Shown in pieces: positions 8,232 to 16,953 of a stretch of DNA of 64,000 nt. A program made the translations under genes and the position numbers. The notes under the pieces were generated by a model. It saw nothing but the letters and a program-made list of their open reading frames with translations, did not search any database and was not told the origin of the DNA. Each line of letters opens with the position of its first letter. Position 1 is the first letter of the stretch. The stretch is taken from the NCBI GenBank assembly GCA_965649205.1, contig CBFGJV010000011.1, positions 15,455-79,454 of the forward strand. Direction: 5' to 3'. This DNA comes from a candidate division WOR-3 bacterium. Lineage in GTDB: Bacteria; Hydrothermota; Tepidihabitantia; Tepidihabitantales; Tepidihabitantaceae.

Positions 8232-8926
8232 TCCTTCCCTGGCCGAAGTCTGAACCGGCCGCGGCCGGCCTTGCCCGAGCCGTGCCGCGGCTGGATTCCA
8301 GGCAGGCCGCACAGCTTGGCTATCGCGCGGTCCCAGGCATCCCGTTCCCTGCCCGGTTCCTGGTTGGAGCGCCAGTCCTGGCGCTGTTTGAGTTCCCCCA
8401 GGTCCTGAACCAGTTCGGCCACCTTACCCTGCTCAGCTCTGAGCAGGTCGGCACGCAGCACCGCGTCGCTGGTTTGCTCCAGGACGAGCGCAAAGTGCGG
8501 CAGGCACAGTCCGGGCGACTCCTGGTAACGAACCTGCAGAGCCTCATCCCGGAAATGCGCGACAAACTCCTCCACACCCTGCCGCTCTGCTTCCGCTTCT
8601 TCCGCGCACAGCGCGCAGTCCTTTCCGGAAACAGGCTGTCGGCCGGCCTCCAGCAGGATGCGCACCATTTTCATCAGGTCTTCGTAGATGATGGTCTGCC
8701 CCAGCACGTCGCCGGCAGAGCGCACGAGCCAGGCGTGCCGGTTACAGAAACCCAGAGACCTGCGCAGTTGCTCCCGGGTGCCGAGGTCATTGACGCGCTC
8801 GTACAACAGCGTGTCTATCCAGCGCGCGGTGCGCCGGGTGACCAGATGGCAAATGGGACAGCCCCTTGCCAGCGCGTCCAGTATCTCCTGCAATACTACT
8901 CCGGCCGGTCCTCTGCGTGCGCTCAT
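8228..8926 (-). CDS. DUF6062-like Cys/His-rich protein
   Basis: Duplicated pattern CPIC..GFCNRH and CALC..GLCLPH. Confidence 0.75.
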   Translation of the reverse strand: MSARRGPAGVVLQEILDALARGCPICHLVTRRTARWIDTLLYERVNDLGTREQLRRSLGFCNRHAWLVRSAGDVLGQTIIYEDLMKMVRILLEAGRQPVSGKDCALCAEEAEAERQGVEEFVAHFRDEALQVRYQESPGLCLPHFALVLEQTSDAVLRADLLRAEQGKVAELVQDLGELKQRQDWRSNQEPGRERDAWDRAIAKLCGLPGIQPRHGSGKAGRGRFRLRPGKE

Positions 8927-9132
8927 CTTGCCAGACGACCAACCAGAAGCGCGACGCCCACGCTCAGGCCGAAGAGAGCAAGGAAGGTTACCACTTCTGC
9001 CCTCAGCGCCTCGCCTATGACCTGTCTTCGGCCGAGTTTGTGCCGTTGGTACTCCATATAGACGATGGCAAACGCCGCTCCGCCGCCCAGGAGACTGAAC
9101 GTTCCGTTCACCGCGAGCAGCGTGCCCAGCAT
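8923..9132 (-). CDS. Small two-TM membrane protein
   Basis: Two hydrophobic segments around YMEYQRH; ATGA overlap with the next gene. Confidence 0.7.
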   Translation of the reverse strand: MLGTLLAVNGTFSLLGGGAAFAIVYMEYQRHKLGRRQVIGEALRAEVVTFLALFGLSVGVALLVGRLAR

Positions 9133-9141
9133 CGGACCGCC

Positions 9142-10392
9142 CTATTGCTGCTGTGAAGTCCCATTCTCCGGCTCCTCTTCCTCGGCGTCCGGGATGAGGC
9201 GCACGTCACCGCGCGCGCCCTCGGGCTGGCCCATCGCGTCCACATCCGGCAGAAGGTGCCGCGGCAGGAAGGCAAGCGTGGCGATGACTGTCGGCACCAC
9301 CGCGCTGGCGATGACCGCGGCGACCAGGAACGAATACTGCGCCTCATTGACGATGCCGTGCGAGAACCCGTACAGGGCCGATATAGTCCCAAAAGTCAGA
9401 CCGGTTGACATCATCAGAGTATAATACCAGCGTTCAGTGCGTTCCTTCCGGTAGTGGGAGATTACCGGAAACAGCCCCAGTGTCTTGGTCAGCACCTTGC
9501 CCCCGAGCAAAGCGAGGAACACGAGCGGAGCGCCGATGAGCGCCGGCAGGGAGACAAGCGAGCCGGCCCGGATGAAGTAGAACGGCGTGAGAAACCCCAC
9601 TGTCAGAGTGCGCAGGCGCCGGACAAAGTCGTGGTCCATCGCCGAAGACCCGGCCAGCACCATCCCGATGAGATAGGCGGGCAGTACCGCCTCGCTTCCT
9701 GACCAGAGCGCCAGCGCTCCCAGCCCGAACACGACAAGCGCCACCCACTTGGTACGCACTGCGGCGGTGCGGCCGGCATAGCGGCGGGCAAGCCTCCTGG
9801 TGGCAAAGGGCAAAGCGACCAGCACTACGGCTGTCGCGACGGCAAACACAGCGGTCTTGACCGTGAAAGGCGCGAAGATGAAGGCCAGGGCCAGCACCGT
9901 GCCCAGGTCGTTCACGAAACACGCGCCCAGTATCCCCTTGCCGAACTCGGTCTTGTTGAAACCTGTCTCCAGCATCACCGCGTACACTACTGCCATCGAA
10001 GTAGTGGAAAGCGCCACACCGGCGAGCAGGCTTGCCTTCACGCCCCAATGAAGCAGAAAATGCGCCAGCGCCGCGCAACCCAGGAACGGAGCGAAGAACC
10101 CGACCAGGCCGATTACCGTCACCTCGCCCAGCTTGCGCCGCAGTACTGATGGTTCAAGCTCGGCCCCGGCCAGAAAGGTGAGCATCACCGCGCCGGTCGC
10201 GGCCAGAAACCGCAGCCATTCGGCGTTCGCACCCAACGAGCCCGGCCCGAAAAAGCGCGTGGCAAAAGCACCCGCGGCCACGCCGACGCATATTTCTACG
10301 AGGGCGATTGAAACCCGCAGATGATTGGCGATGATGGTGGCGACGACCGCCAGGGCAAGCCAGACTGCGGCCAGAACAAACGTCTCCTGCAA
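9142..10392 (-). CDS. Cation:proton antiporter (CPA2/Kef-like)
   Basis: FLAGAE, ALSTTS and FVNDLG motifs; TTG start at 10392 with GGAGGA SD. Confidence 0.9.
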   Translation of the reverse strand: MQETFVLAAVWLALAVVATIIANHLRVSIALVEICVGVAAGAFATRFFGPGSLGANAEWLRFLAATGAVMLTFLAGAELEPSVLRRKLGEVTVIGLVGFFAPFLGCAALAHFLLHWGVKASLLAGVALSTTSMAVVYAVMLETGFNKTEFGKGILGACFVNDLGTVLALAFIFAPFTVKTAVFAVATAVVLVALPFATRRLARRYAGRTAAVRTKWVALVVFGLGALALWSGSEAVLPAYLIGMVLAGSSAMDHDFVRRLRTLTVGFLTPFYFIRAGSLVSLPALIGAPLVFLALLGGKVLTKTLGLFPVISHYRKERTERWYYTLMMSTGLTFGTISALYGFSHGIVNEAQYSFLVAAVIASAVVPTVIATLAFLPRHLLPDVDAMGQPEGARGDVRLIPDAEEEEPENGTSQQQ

Positions 10393-10450
10393 AGAATCCT
10401 CCGGTTCACTGCTTATCGGACAAACCCGGGCAACGGAAGTACCCGGCCTT

Positions 10451-10499
10451 GCAGGAGTCATCAGCCCGCAGGCGATTCTACGGGGGACTCCATCCCCGC
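10451..10499 (-). ncRNA. Fluoride riboswitch (crcB motif)
   Basis: GGGGATGGAGTCCCCCGTAGAATCGCCTGCGGGCTGATGACTCCTGC: GGnGATGG(A)G head, P1 GGGGA/TCCCC, GCTGATGAC tail, GGAG/CTCC pseudoknot; lies in the antiporter 5' UTR. Confidence 0.92.
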
Positions 10500-10506
10500 G
10501 GATGAG

Positions 10507-10534
10507 ATTATAGCGCGAACGAACCAGCCTGCAA
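10507..10534 (-). promoter_or_regulatory. Sigma70 promoter for the riboswitch/antiporter operon
   Basis: TTGCAG-N16-TATAAT just upstream of the aptamer. Confidence 0.75.
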
Positions 10535-11123
10535 GCCTGGCTCCAGAACCCGACAGTGGGATGATTTGGGGATTCCTGTTCGTGGTTGGGTACGCGCCTG
10601 TCAGCAGAACTGACCGTGCTGGTGGCGGCAACACTGCGTAGCTTCATCGCTTCTCATCTGCTGTCATAGTTGGCGAACCCCCTGGCGACACAGGTGCGGC
10701 TGGAGCTTGCGACCATACTGCAACGTTGCCTGGCCACGCTTGTCGCGGCCTGACCGCCTGCGCATCTGTCCGGGCAACCGTTACCGGAAGTTGCGGCGCG
10801 CGCGGCTACCCAACTGAGTGGGGGAGTCACTTCCCCCTCTACAGGCCAAACAAGGCCGTCAACCAACCTTCAGAAGGTAACTCGCTGTGAGAGTAGTTTT
10901 TAGCGCGGTTTCAGACAGAAATGCCGGGTTCGGCCGGTATCCACTTCCAAGCCAAGCAGTTGAGCAGTCACAACGGCAACAATACAGGAATCCAGCAGGT
11001 TAGGCGTTCGGGCAGGTTGGGAATAGGCCTGGCAAAACCACAGCCGGACGACTGTGAGCGTTGGCGCAAGACGCGACTCCAGCCGCTCTGGAAACGACTG
11101 CTGGCCGGGCAGGACATCCGCCG

Positions 11124-11172
11124 CTGACATCTGACACTTGACTTCCAGCTTCTAGCTTCTGGCATCTGCCCT
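11124..11172. repeat. Degenerate 7-bp tandem repeat (7 units)
   Basis: CTGACAT CTGACAC TTGACTT CCAGCTT CTAGCTT CTGGCAT CTGCCCT; a shorter similar run lies at 12011-12038. Confidence 0.6.
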
Positions 11173-11223
11173 CGTCCGCTCCTCCTGTTGACTCCCGCCC
11201 GTTTCTACCCTAGCATCCCGGCG

Positions 11224-11718
11224 ATGGGCAAGACCTGCTGTCTGCTTCTGGCCGCCTGCCTCGCGCTACTCTTCGCCGGCTGCGACGAACTGTTCTACGC
11301 CGGGCTGAACGAAGCCGAATCCACCCCGGACAGGCCGGTGTTCCTGCTCGGCAAGGACGGCAGTCTCTTTCATGGTATGGCCAAGGTGTACGGGTTCCGT
11401 CTCAGCGGCCGGCCCAGGAAACCGCCGCCCCGGCCGGACGCCGTGAATCTCTGGCTTGAGTTCTGGTCGGCTCAAGCCGACTCCGGCCTGCGCTACATCG
11501 AGGTACACAAGATTGCCTATGGCGAACTGCCCGAACGCACGTTCCTCGTCTTCGGCCCTGATACTCTGCGTGCCGGGTTCATCTACAGCTTCAATCCCTG
11601 GTATCACGGCCTCGGCACCGCCGCCTACTTCGAAATCACGCAGGACAGCTCGGGAGCCAGGGCGATCCACGCCCTGACCGAAGAGGAGTTCCTGGCAATA
11701 ATCCACGATACGCTCTGA
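11224..11718 (+). CDS. Hypothetical lipoprotein
   Basis: Signal peptide with LFAGC lipobox; promoter TTGACT-17-TAGCAT 7 nt before ATG. Confidence 0.75.
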   Translation: MGKTCCLLLAACLALLFAGCDELFYAGLNEAESTPDRPVFLLGKDGSLFHGMAKVYGFRLSGRPRKPPPRPDAVNLWLEFWSAQADSGLRYIEVHKIAYGELPERTFLVFGPDTLRAGFIYSFNPWYHGLGTAAYFEITQDSSGARAIHALTEEEFLAIIHDTL

Positions 11719-11890
11719 TGCATCGCTGGAACGTCCTGGTGGCGCTGACCCTGCTTCTCTCCTGCCGTGGCAGAGGGCCGGGCACGGTTGACTGGCAGAG
11801 CGTGAACGACTAAGCCTACCAACTGCAGAACGTTGACCTGGAAGCAATGGGCAACACGAAGTTCGATTCTTGCGTGATTGACTACTCGCT
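11718..11890 (+). pseudogene. 5' remnant of MJ1477/TM1410 (GH114-like) glycoside hydrolase lipoprotein
   Basis: MHRWNVLVALTLLLSC..VND*AYQLQNVDL..KFDSCVIDYS; in-frame TAA then truncation; TGATG coupling to the upstream gene. Confidence 0.6.
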
Positions 11891-12224
11891 GGTACTGGCA
11901 GGCGCGCCACCCGCAAGCTCGCCCTGGCCCGGTAGCCCGGAGCCGATTCTGCGCACCTTTGCCCTGTTCTCTACCGCTACGACCTCAAGGTTATCTGGTA
12001 ACGACAGTTTCTGACCTTTCGCTTTTGCCTTCTGGCTTGATGTTTGGGTCAGACTCTAGACTGCTGGGCCGCCAAGTCACTTTCTTGCGCTTCTTGACAC
12101 CCAGCCGAATACAGGTATTCCCGATAGCAGACGGAGACTTCGCCCACAGCTAGCGGACACAGGGGTTTCTTATTGTGTTCCCTGACGAAATACGCAGACA
12201 GAACAAAGAAGGAGGCATAGTATC

Positions 12225-12482
12225 ATGAAACGGATATACGTCACCGTGCTTGCGCAGCTGGCACTGTTGTCGCGTGGTCAACACACGACAACCTACACCG
12301 GCTTGTTCTGTGTCAATGTCAACGGAAAGTATGGATACATTGACAAGACTGGTAAGTATGTCATCAACCCGCAGTTTGACTACGCAGGGAGTTTCTCCGA
12401 GGGGCTGGCAGTTGTCGAGATCGGTGGCAAGTGGGGCTACATTGACAAGACAGGAAAGTTCATCTGGGAGTTGTCGGGATAG
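12225..12482 (+). CDS. Short WG-repeat (KWG) protein, probably truncated
   Basis: GKYGYIDKTG..F(S)EGLA..GKWGYIDKTG; GGAGG SD. Confidence 0.8.
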   Translation: MKRIYVTVLAQLALLSRGQHTTTYTGLFCVNVNGKYGYIDKTGKYVINPQFDYAGSFSEGLAVVEIGGKWGYIDKTGKFIWELSG

Positions 12483-12499
12483 CACTTCACTAGGCCTAC

Positions 12500-13940
12500 G
12501 GGGTCAGGTGCTGCCTTTTTCACGGAAACGCTGAGCGATGAGTTCTGAGTACTGAACGAAGGGAGAAGAAGACGCTGACCGCCTGATTGCGGCGTAAGCT
12601 CTGTCCGACCGCCTGCCCCTCGTCACCTCAGACACGGTCTTCCGCCGCTGAGGCGTCAGAGTCGTCGAGCGGCAACGCTCCCTCGTCCTGCCAGGTCTGT
12701 GTGTGAGACAAGAGCCATAGGAAACTGCTTCCCAAAATCGAGAAGGACGATAACAGGTACCTCGCCGGTTGTCCGGAATTGCAGAGACGCTACACGCAGG
12801 GCCCTTCCTAGTCTTGCGGCGTGTCAATATCGTAGCGCTTACCGACCCGCGGCCCACCTTCTCCTTTGCCGCCAGCTTCATCGTGGGCATGAACAGGTTG
12901 GGCTTGAGCGCTATCAGCCGGTCCACCTGCATCAGTGCCAGAAGCTCCTCCTTCGTGTCATACCGGCGATAACCAGCATAGCTGCGCACCAGACTCCAGT
13001 TCTTGCTCTCCACGTAGGGCGAGCCATCCTTCCGGTACGTCCTGGTGAAGCGCAACTTGTGTGTATCGGCAAACTTCGCCAGCGCCTGGTTGATGACATT
13101 GCTCGAATGGAGAGCAGTAACCGGAAACGGCGACGCACGTAGCGCGCTCTTCATCGCCAGTATCCCCCAGATGTGCGCCTTGTTGCACAACACCTGCCAA
13201 GGGCTCTGCCCGCCGTGACTTACCAGGTCTATCTCCAGATACCCAAGCTGCTTCTTAGGTTTGTCGTGGTAGGTTTCCACCGGGATGCATTTCTTGAGCC
13301 AGGAGGCGAAGGGTTGGACCTGTAGCGGCGTTTAGCCAGAAGCTCTTTCCGGACTGGTCGGAGTAAGCGGTCCACGGTAGATGGGCTGATAGTCTGAAAC
13401 TTAGCCTTGACCTCGGCAGATGCTTTCTTGAGCTTGGGATGGCAGAACAACCACTGGTGGTTGAGGTGGATGAAGTGAGCGAGGTGGAGGGAAGACGGGT
13501 AGCGGGCAAGCTGCCAGAGGGCGAGCAGATAGGGCAGCATATCTGGGCCGTAGCGTTTCTTGTGGCCGCGGCGCGAGAGGAGGGAGCAGGACGGGTCGGC
13601 GATGACGGTAGTGCTGTGGCGGTGACCTTCTGGCCAACGTGGCGGAGGACGAAACTGAGATGCTTCCGGCCGAGGTGTGTGATATCTGTCAGCTCGTCCA
13701 GCAGTGCGGACCTGGTCTTCTTTCTTGCGGCCCGGTACTTTGAAGCATTGGCGGAGATGATGGACTTCTTAGCGGTCACGGTGTAGACCCCTTCTGGTAT
13801 TGTGGCTACCACTGGACATTCTCCTTTCGTTTGGGATAAAAGAATGCTCTTGGTAGCCTGGTTTTCAAACCTAAACAGGCCCGGATCCTTTCTGACGAAA
13901 CGGCTTCCTTTGGGGTTAGATTGTTTCTGACGAAAACCGA
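12500..13940 (-). mobile_element. Degenerate IS with a frameshifted DDE (rve-like) transposase
   Basis: Three overlapping frames: Y.AA.KK..S.LLDE..H.GRKH; ISPSTVDRLL; GYLEIDLVSH..FTR..RK..VESKN..VR..GY.RYDT. The catalytic SDNGSEF segment is deleted. End positions are approximate. Confidence 0.8.
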
Positions 13941-14030
13941 AAGCTTGACTACCAGAGGGTATGTTCTACTATGTGACATAGGCATAAAAACGGAGGGCCG
14001 GATAAGCGGTTCTCCTAAACGTAAGGAGGA

Positions 14031-14642
14031 ATGATGGTAGAAAGAATAGCTAGGGTTGTGCTGTTTGCAGTTCTGTTTGTCATCCCTGCGCAGGCATTAG
14101 CCGGGGCTGCGGATGCAAATAGCTATTTTCTTTCCGGTCAGATGGGCGCAGGGCTGAATCTGGGCAGCGGAGGCGGGTTCGACCTGCAGATTGCACCACG
14201 TGGACTTTACTTTCCAATGCAGAGTCTGGGTTTGGGTGCGGAGCTCGACCTTGGCTACGGCAGCCAGTCTAATTTCAGTTATACCAGTCTGGCCATTGGA
14301 CCCAGAGTAGCCTACTTCGTGAAGTTGGAGGGACGTAGGTACCCCCGGGGATGCTGCCTTACACCCTATCTAGGTACAAACAACATGTGGATGCCCTACG
14401 GGGGATTGTCCGTTATGTTTCTTTTGCACTCCAGCAAGTTCGGTTCTACTACAAGTACCGCTACTGGCTACAAGGCCAGACTGGGGGTTGGCGCGGCTCC
14501 TCGTATAGGCGACAGGGGCACAGCCTTCATGGAAATCGGTTTTGAGACGTCCAAGCTGTCGGGTAGCACATCAGTTGCCAGCAGTTCCTCTGGAAACAGA
14601 TTGTATCTGGAAGGCGGGTTCGGAGCTTTTCTTTTTCGCTGA
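14031..14642 (+). CDS. Outer-membrane beta-barrel-like hypothetical protein
   Basis: Signal peptide, alternating Gly/aromatic strands, C-terminal GFGAFLF. Confidence 0.65.
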   Translation: MMVERIARVVLFAVLFVIPAQALAGAADANSYFLSGQMGAGLNLGSGGGFDLQIAPRGLYFPMQSLGLGAELDLGYGSQSNFSYTSLAIGPRVAYFVKLEGRRYPRGCCLTPYLGTNNMWMPYGGLSVMFLLHSSKFGSTTSTATGYKARLGVGAAPRIGDRGTAFMEIGFETSKLSGSTSVASSSSGNRLYLEGGFGAFLFR

Positions 14643-14660
14643 ACTCTAGTGCAGGAATTG

Positions 14661-14687
14661 GCCGGCCTCCGAAAACCGGAGGCCGGC
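14661..14687. terminator. Hairpin between convergent genes
   Basis: GCCGGCCTCCG-aaaac-CGGAGGCCGGC, 11-bp perfect stem. Confidence 0.75.
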
Positions 14688-14695
14688 TGTTATTA

Positions 14696-16324
14696 TTAGT
14701 GATAAGAGCGAGAGAACTTTGCTTTGGCGACGCAACGTCCACAAGGCTCCAGCAGACGGCAGAAGTATACACCGGAGGGAAGCGGTTGACCTGTGTCGTC
14801 TCTGCCGTCCCAGATAGTTTGGAAGGCAGCAGGAATCGTGCGTACCGTTCTACCGGAAGCGTTGCTTATCTGCAGCAGGCTGCCGCGTTTGGTTAAACCA
14901 GCAACACGGAAACAGGTGGCCTGGCTGAAAACAGTTGGAAACACAGTTAGACGTATGGGGCCGGACAGCCGAGGTTGGGGAGCATTCAGAGCAGTCAGAG
15001 GTACGACTCGAATTGTACCGTCGTAGGGAATCAGATTCTGTCCGGTTACAACCAGCCTTATTTCGCCCGTGTCGCGTGGCTCCACGTAGAGCAGGACCTG
15101 ACCGGCGAAGTCGCTGGTGTCGTGGACACAGAAGGAAGATTTCATCGAGGCACATACTGTGGCCCCTCCCACTGGCTCAGAATCACTGTAAACATTTATC
15201 AGTATCCACTGAGGGGCAGCGGATATTTCCATGGGCTGGTCAATATGCAGGCGACGAGGAGTTGCGGTCCAGATGGACAGTTCCGGGTCGCCGAGCAGAT
15301 TGAAGCCGCGGTAATCGCTTGTTTTGGTGGGGTACTCAGCATACAGCTGATTTCGCGCCCGTATAGCAGCTTTGCCTAGTTTGTATATGTTTTCTACGAA
15401 AAGGCCGGTGAAGAACCCGCGTGATACGGCGCTCCTTACCTGGGCTACGCCCGAGGCAGAATGGGTATTACCAAAGAAGGCTACAGCTCCCTTGAGATTG
15501 CCGATAGTGCCGGCTTTGAGCCATGCTTCTCCCACCATAGAGTCATTGGGATATAGAGTCATTGTCTCGCAAGTAATGGAGAGAATGATTGGCAGCATTT
15601 TGCGGTTGGAGGTCTGGGCAGGGTCTAAAGCAAAGGGTGTACGCCAATTGCCGCCGGCGGTGCCACGATAGAGTACGAGGCCGGTGCCGGAGTCTATGCA
15701 TTTGATTACGTCACTAGCGTCGTTTCCCCGCAGGGAGGAGAGGGTGTCACACTCGGTGAAACCAGCCTGACCTGCCAGTTCCGCAGCCATTCGGGCGTCG
15801 GCCCAGTAGGTGGGCCAGTCACTGTCGTTGTAGTCCCGGACGATAGCGGTCAGACCCAACATCCAGTCTGGTTTGGTCAAGTCCGGTTTTACGGCGTAAG
15901 CCATGGTCTTGGCTATCATTACTTCAAGCTGAGAGCTGGATTTGGCTGGAAATCTTCCCACTGCCAGTTCAGAGCGCAGGTCGCCCTCCATATCTGAGTA
16001 GATATGGTCTGTGGCATAGTTAACTTGGCCGGTGTAGACCCGGGCCGGCAAGGCTGTGGGTGAACCTACGAGCAGCACATATTCCGGCCTAAGAGGCCAG
16101 GTGTTATACGCCTGTTTGATGTAGTTTCTTATGCTGGTAGTATCAGCACCAATTTCTGACAGTTTCACTACCTTGGTTTCAAGCCCGGTCGCCTGCTTCC
16201 ATTCCGCGAAAGGCTGGATAGTCGGAGCCAAGTCGTCGGTAGTTATGATCAGATACCGTGCACCATCCAATGCGACTGCGAAGTTGATAATTAAGGCAGC
16301 CAGAAGCAATATGGTGGTTTTCAT
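14696..16324 (-). CDS. C25 (gingipain-like) peptidase family protein with FlgD/T9SS-like C-terminal domain
   Basis: YLIIT, YVLLVG, AVGRFP, ITC, FNLLGDP; C-term WDGRDD.G..LPSGVYF. Confidence 0.85.
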   Translation of the reverse strand: MKTTILLLAALIINFAVALDGARYLIITTDDLAPTIQPFAEWKQATGLETKVVKLSEIGADTTSIRNYIKQAYNTWPLRPEYVLLVGSPTALPARVYTGQVNYATDHIYSDMEGDLRSELAVGRFPAKSSSQLEVMIAKTMAYAVKPDLTKPDWMLGLTAIVRDYNDSDWPTYWADARMAAELAGQAGFTECDTLSSLRGNDASDVIKCIDSGTGLVLYRGTAGGNWRTPFALDPAQTSNRKMLPIILSITCETMTLYPNDSMVGEAWLKAGTIGNLKGAVAFFGNTHSASGVAQVRSAVSRGFFTGLFVENIYKLGKAAIRARNQLYAEYPTKTSDYRGFNLLGDPELSIWTATPRRLHIDQPMEISAAPQWILINVYSDSEPVGGATVCASMKSSFCVHDTSDFAGQVLLYVEPRDTGEIRLVVTGQNLIPYDGTIRVVPLTALNAPQPRLSGPIRLTVFPTVFSQATCFRVAGLTKRGSLLQISNASGRTVRTIPAAFQTIWDGRDDTGQPLPSGVYFCRLLEPCGRCVAKAKFSRSYH

Positions 16325-16953
16325 TAGGGAATCTGGGACATTGCCGGACGGTTTTTTGACCATGCAAATGAAGCTTCAATTGTAAATTCTAATCGTCTGC
16401 CCTGATTGGTCAAGCAGCAGGGTAGGAAATACCGTTGCCGGGTGGAAGCAAATGGGTTGAAGCTCGGGAATACTTGTGTTTCCCTAAAGATGGTTTTCTG
16501 GTGGAAAAGAGGGGAGAAAGGCGAATTATGGGTTTGACACGGAAATTGATGGAGGATTGACCCCCGGTCGCTTAGGATACAAGTTTCCGGAAAGGACGGA
16601 GACACTAATCGGAAAGTAACTGATCGGGTAAGTGATTTAAAGCATGAAAGATAGGATTGATGGTGCAGAATCAATTTCGGATAAGGGTGGAATATGAGGT
16701 GGAGTTTCAAGAACAGGCCGTCCTTCGGCTTCTGGTTGGTACGCGGGCGGATGTATGGAGTTAGATGTAAGCTTACCTGTCGGCAGATTTAGAGCGTGAT
16801 GCAAACTATAAAGGCGTAGACTTATATCTCCATGCGGGTTACAGTTGTTCGTGTACTGTAGAGGGTGTGACTCACCTACGTGTCTTATATGCTGACATTG
16901 TGCTGGCTTTCAGAGCCAATACTGGTTGGTTTGGTTGGCAGGAGCGTCAGAAG

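Noticed and set aside
10393..10647. 85-aa N-terminal extension of the antiporter in the ORF track
   Set aside because: It spans the riboswitch and promoter; TTG 10392 has a GGAGGA SD
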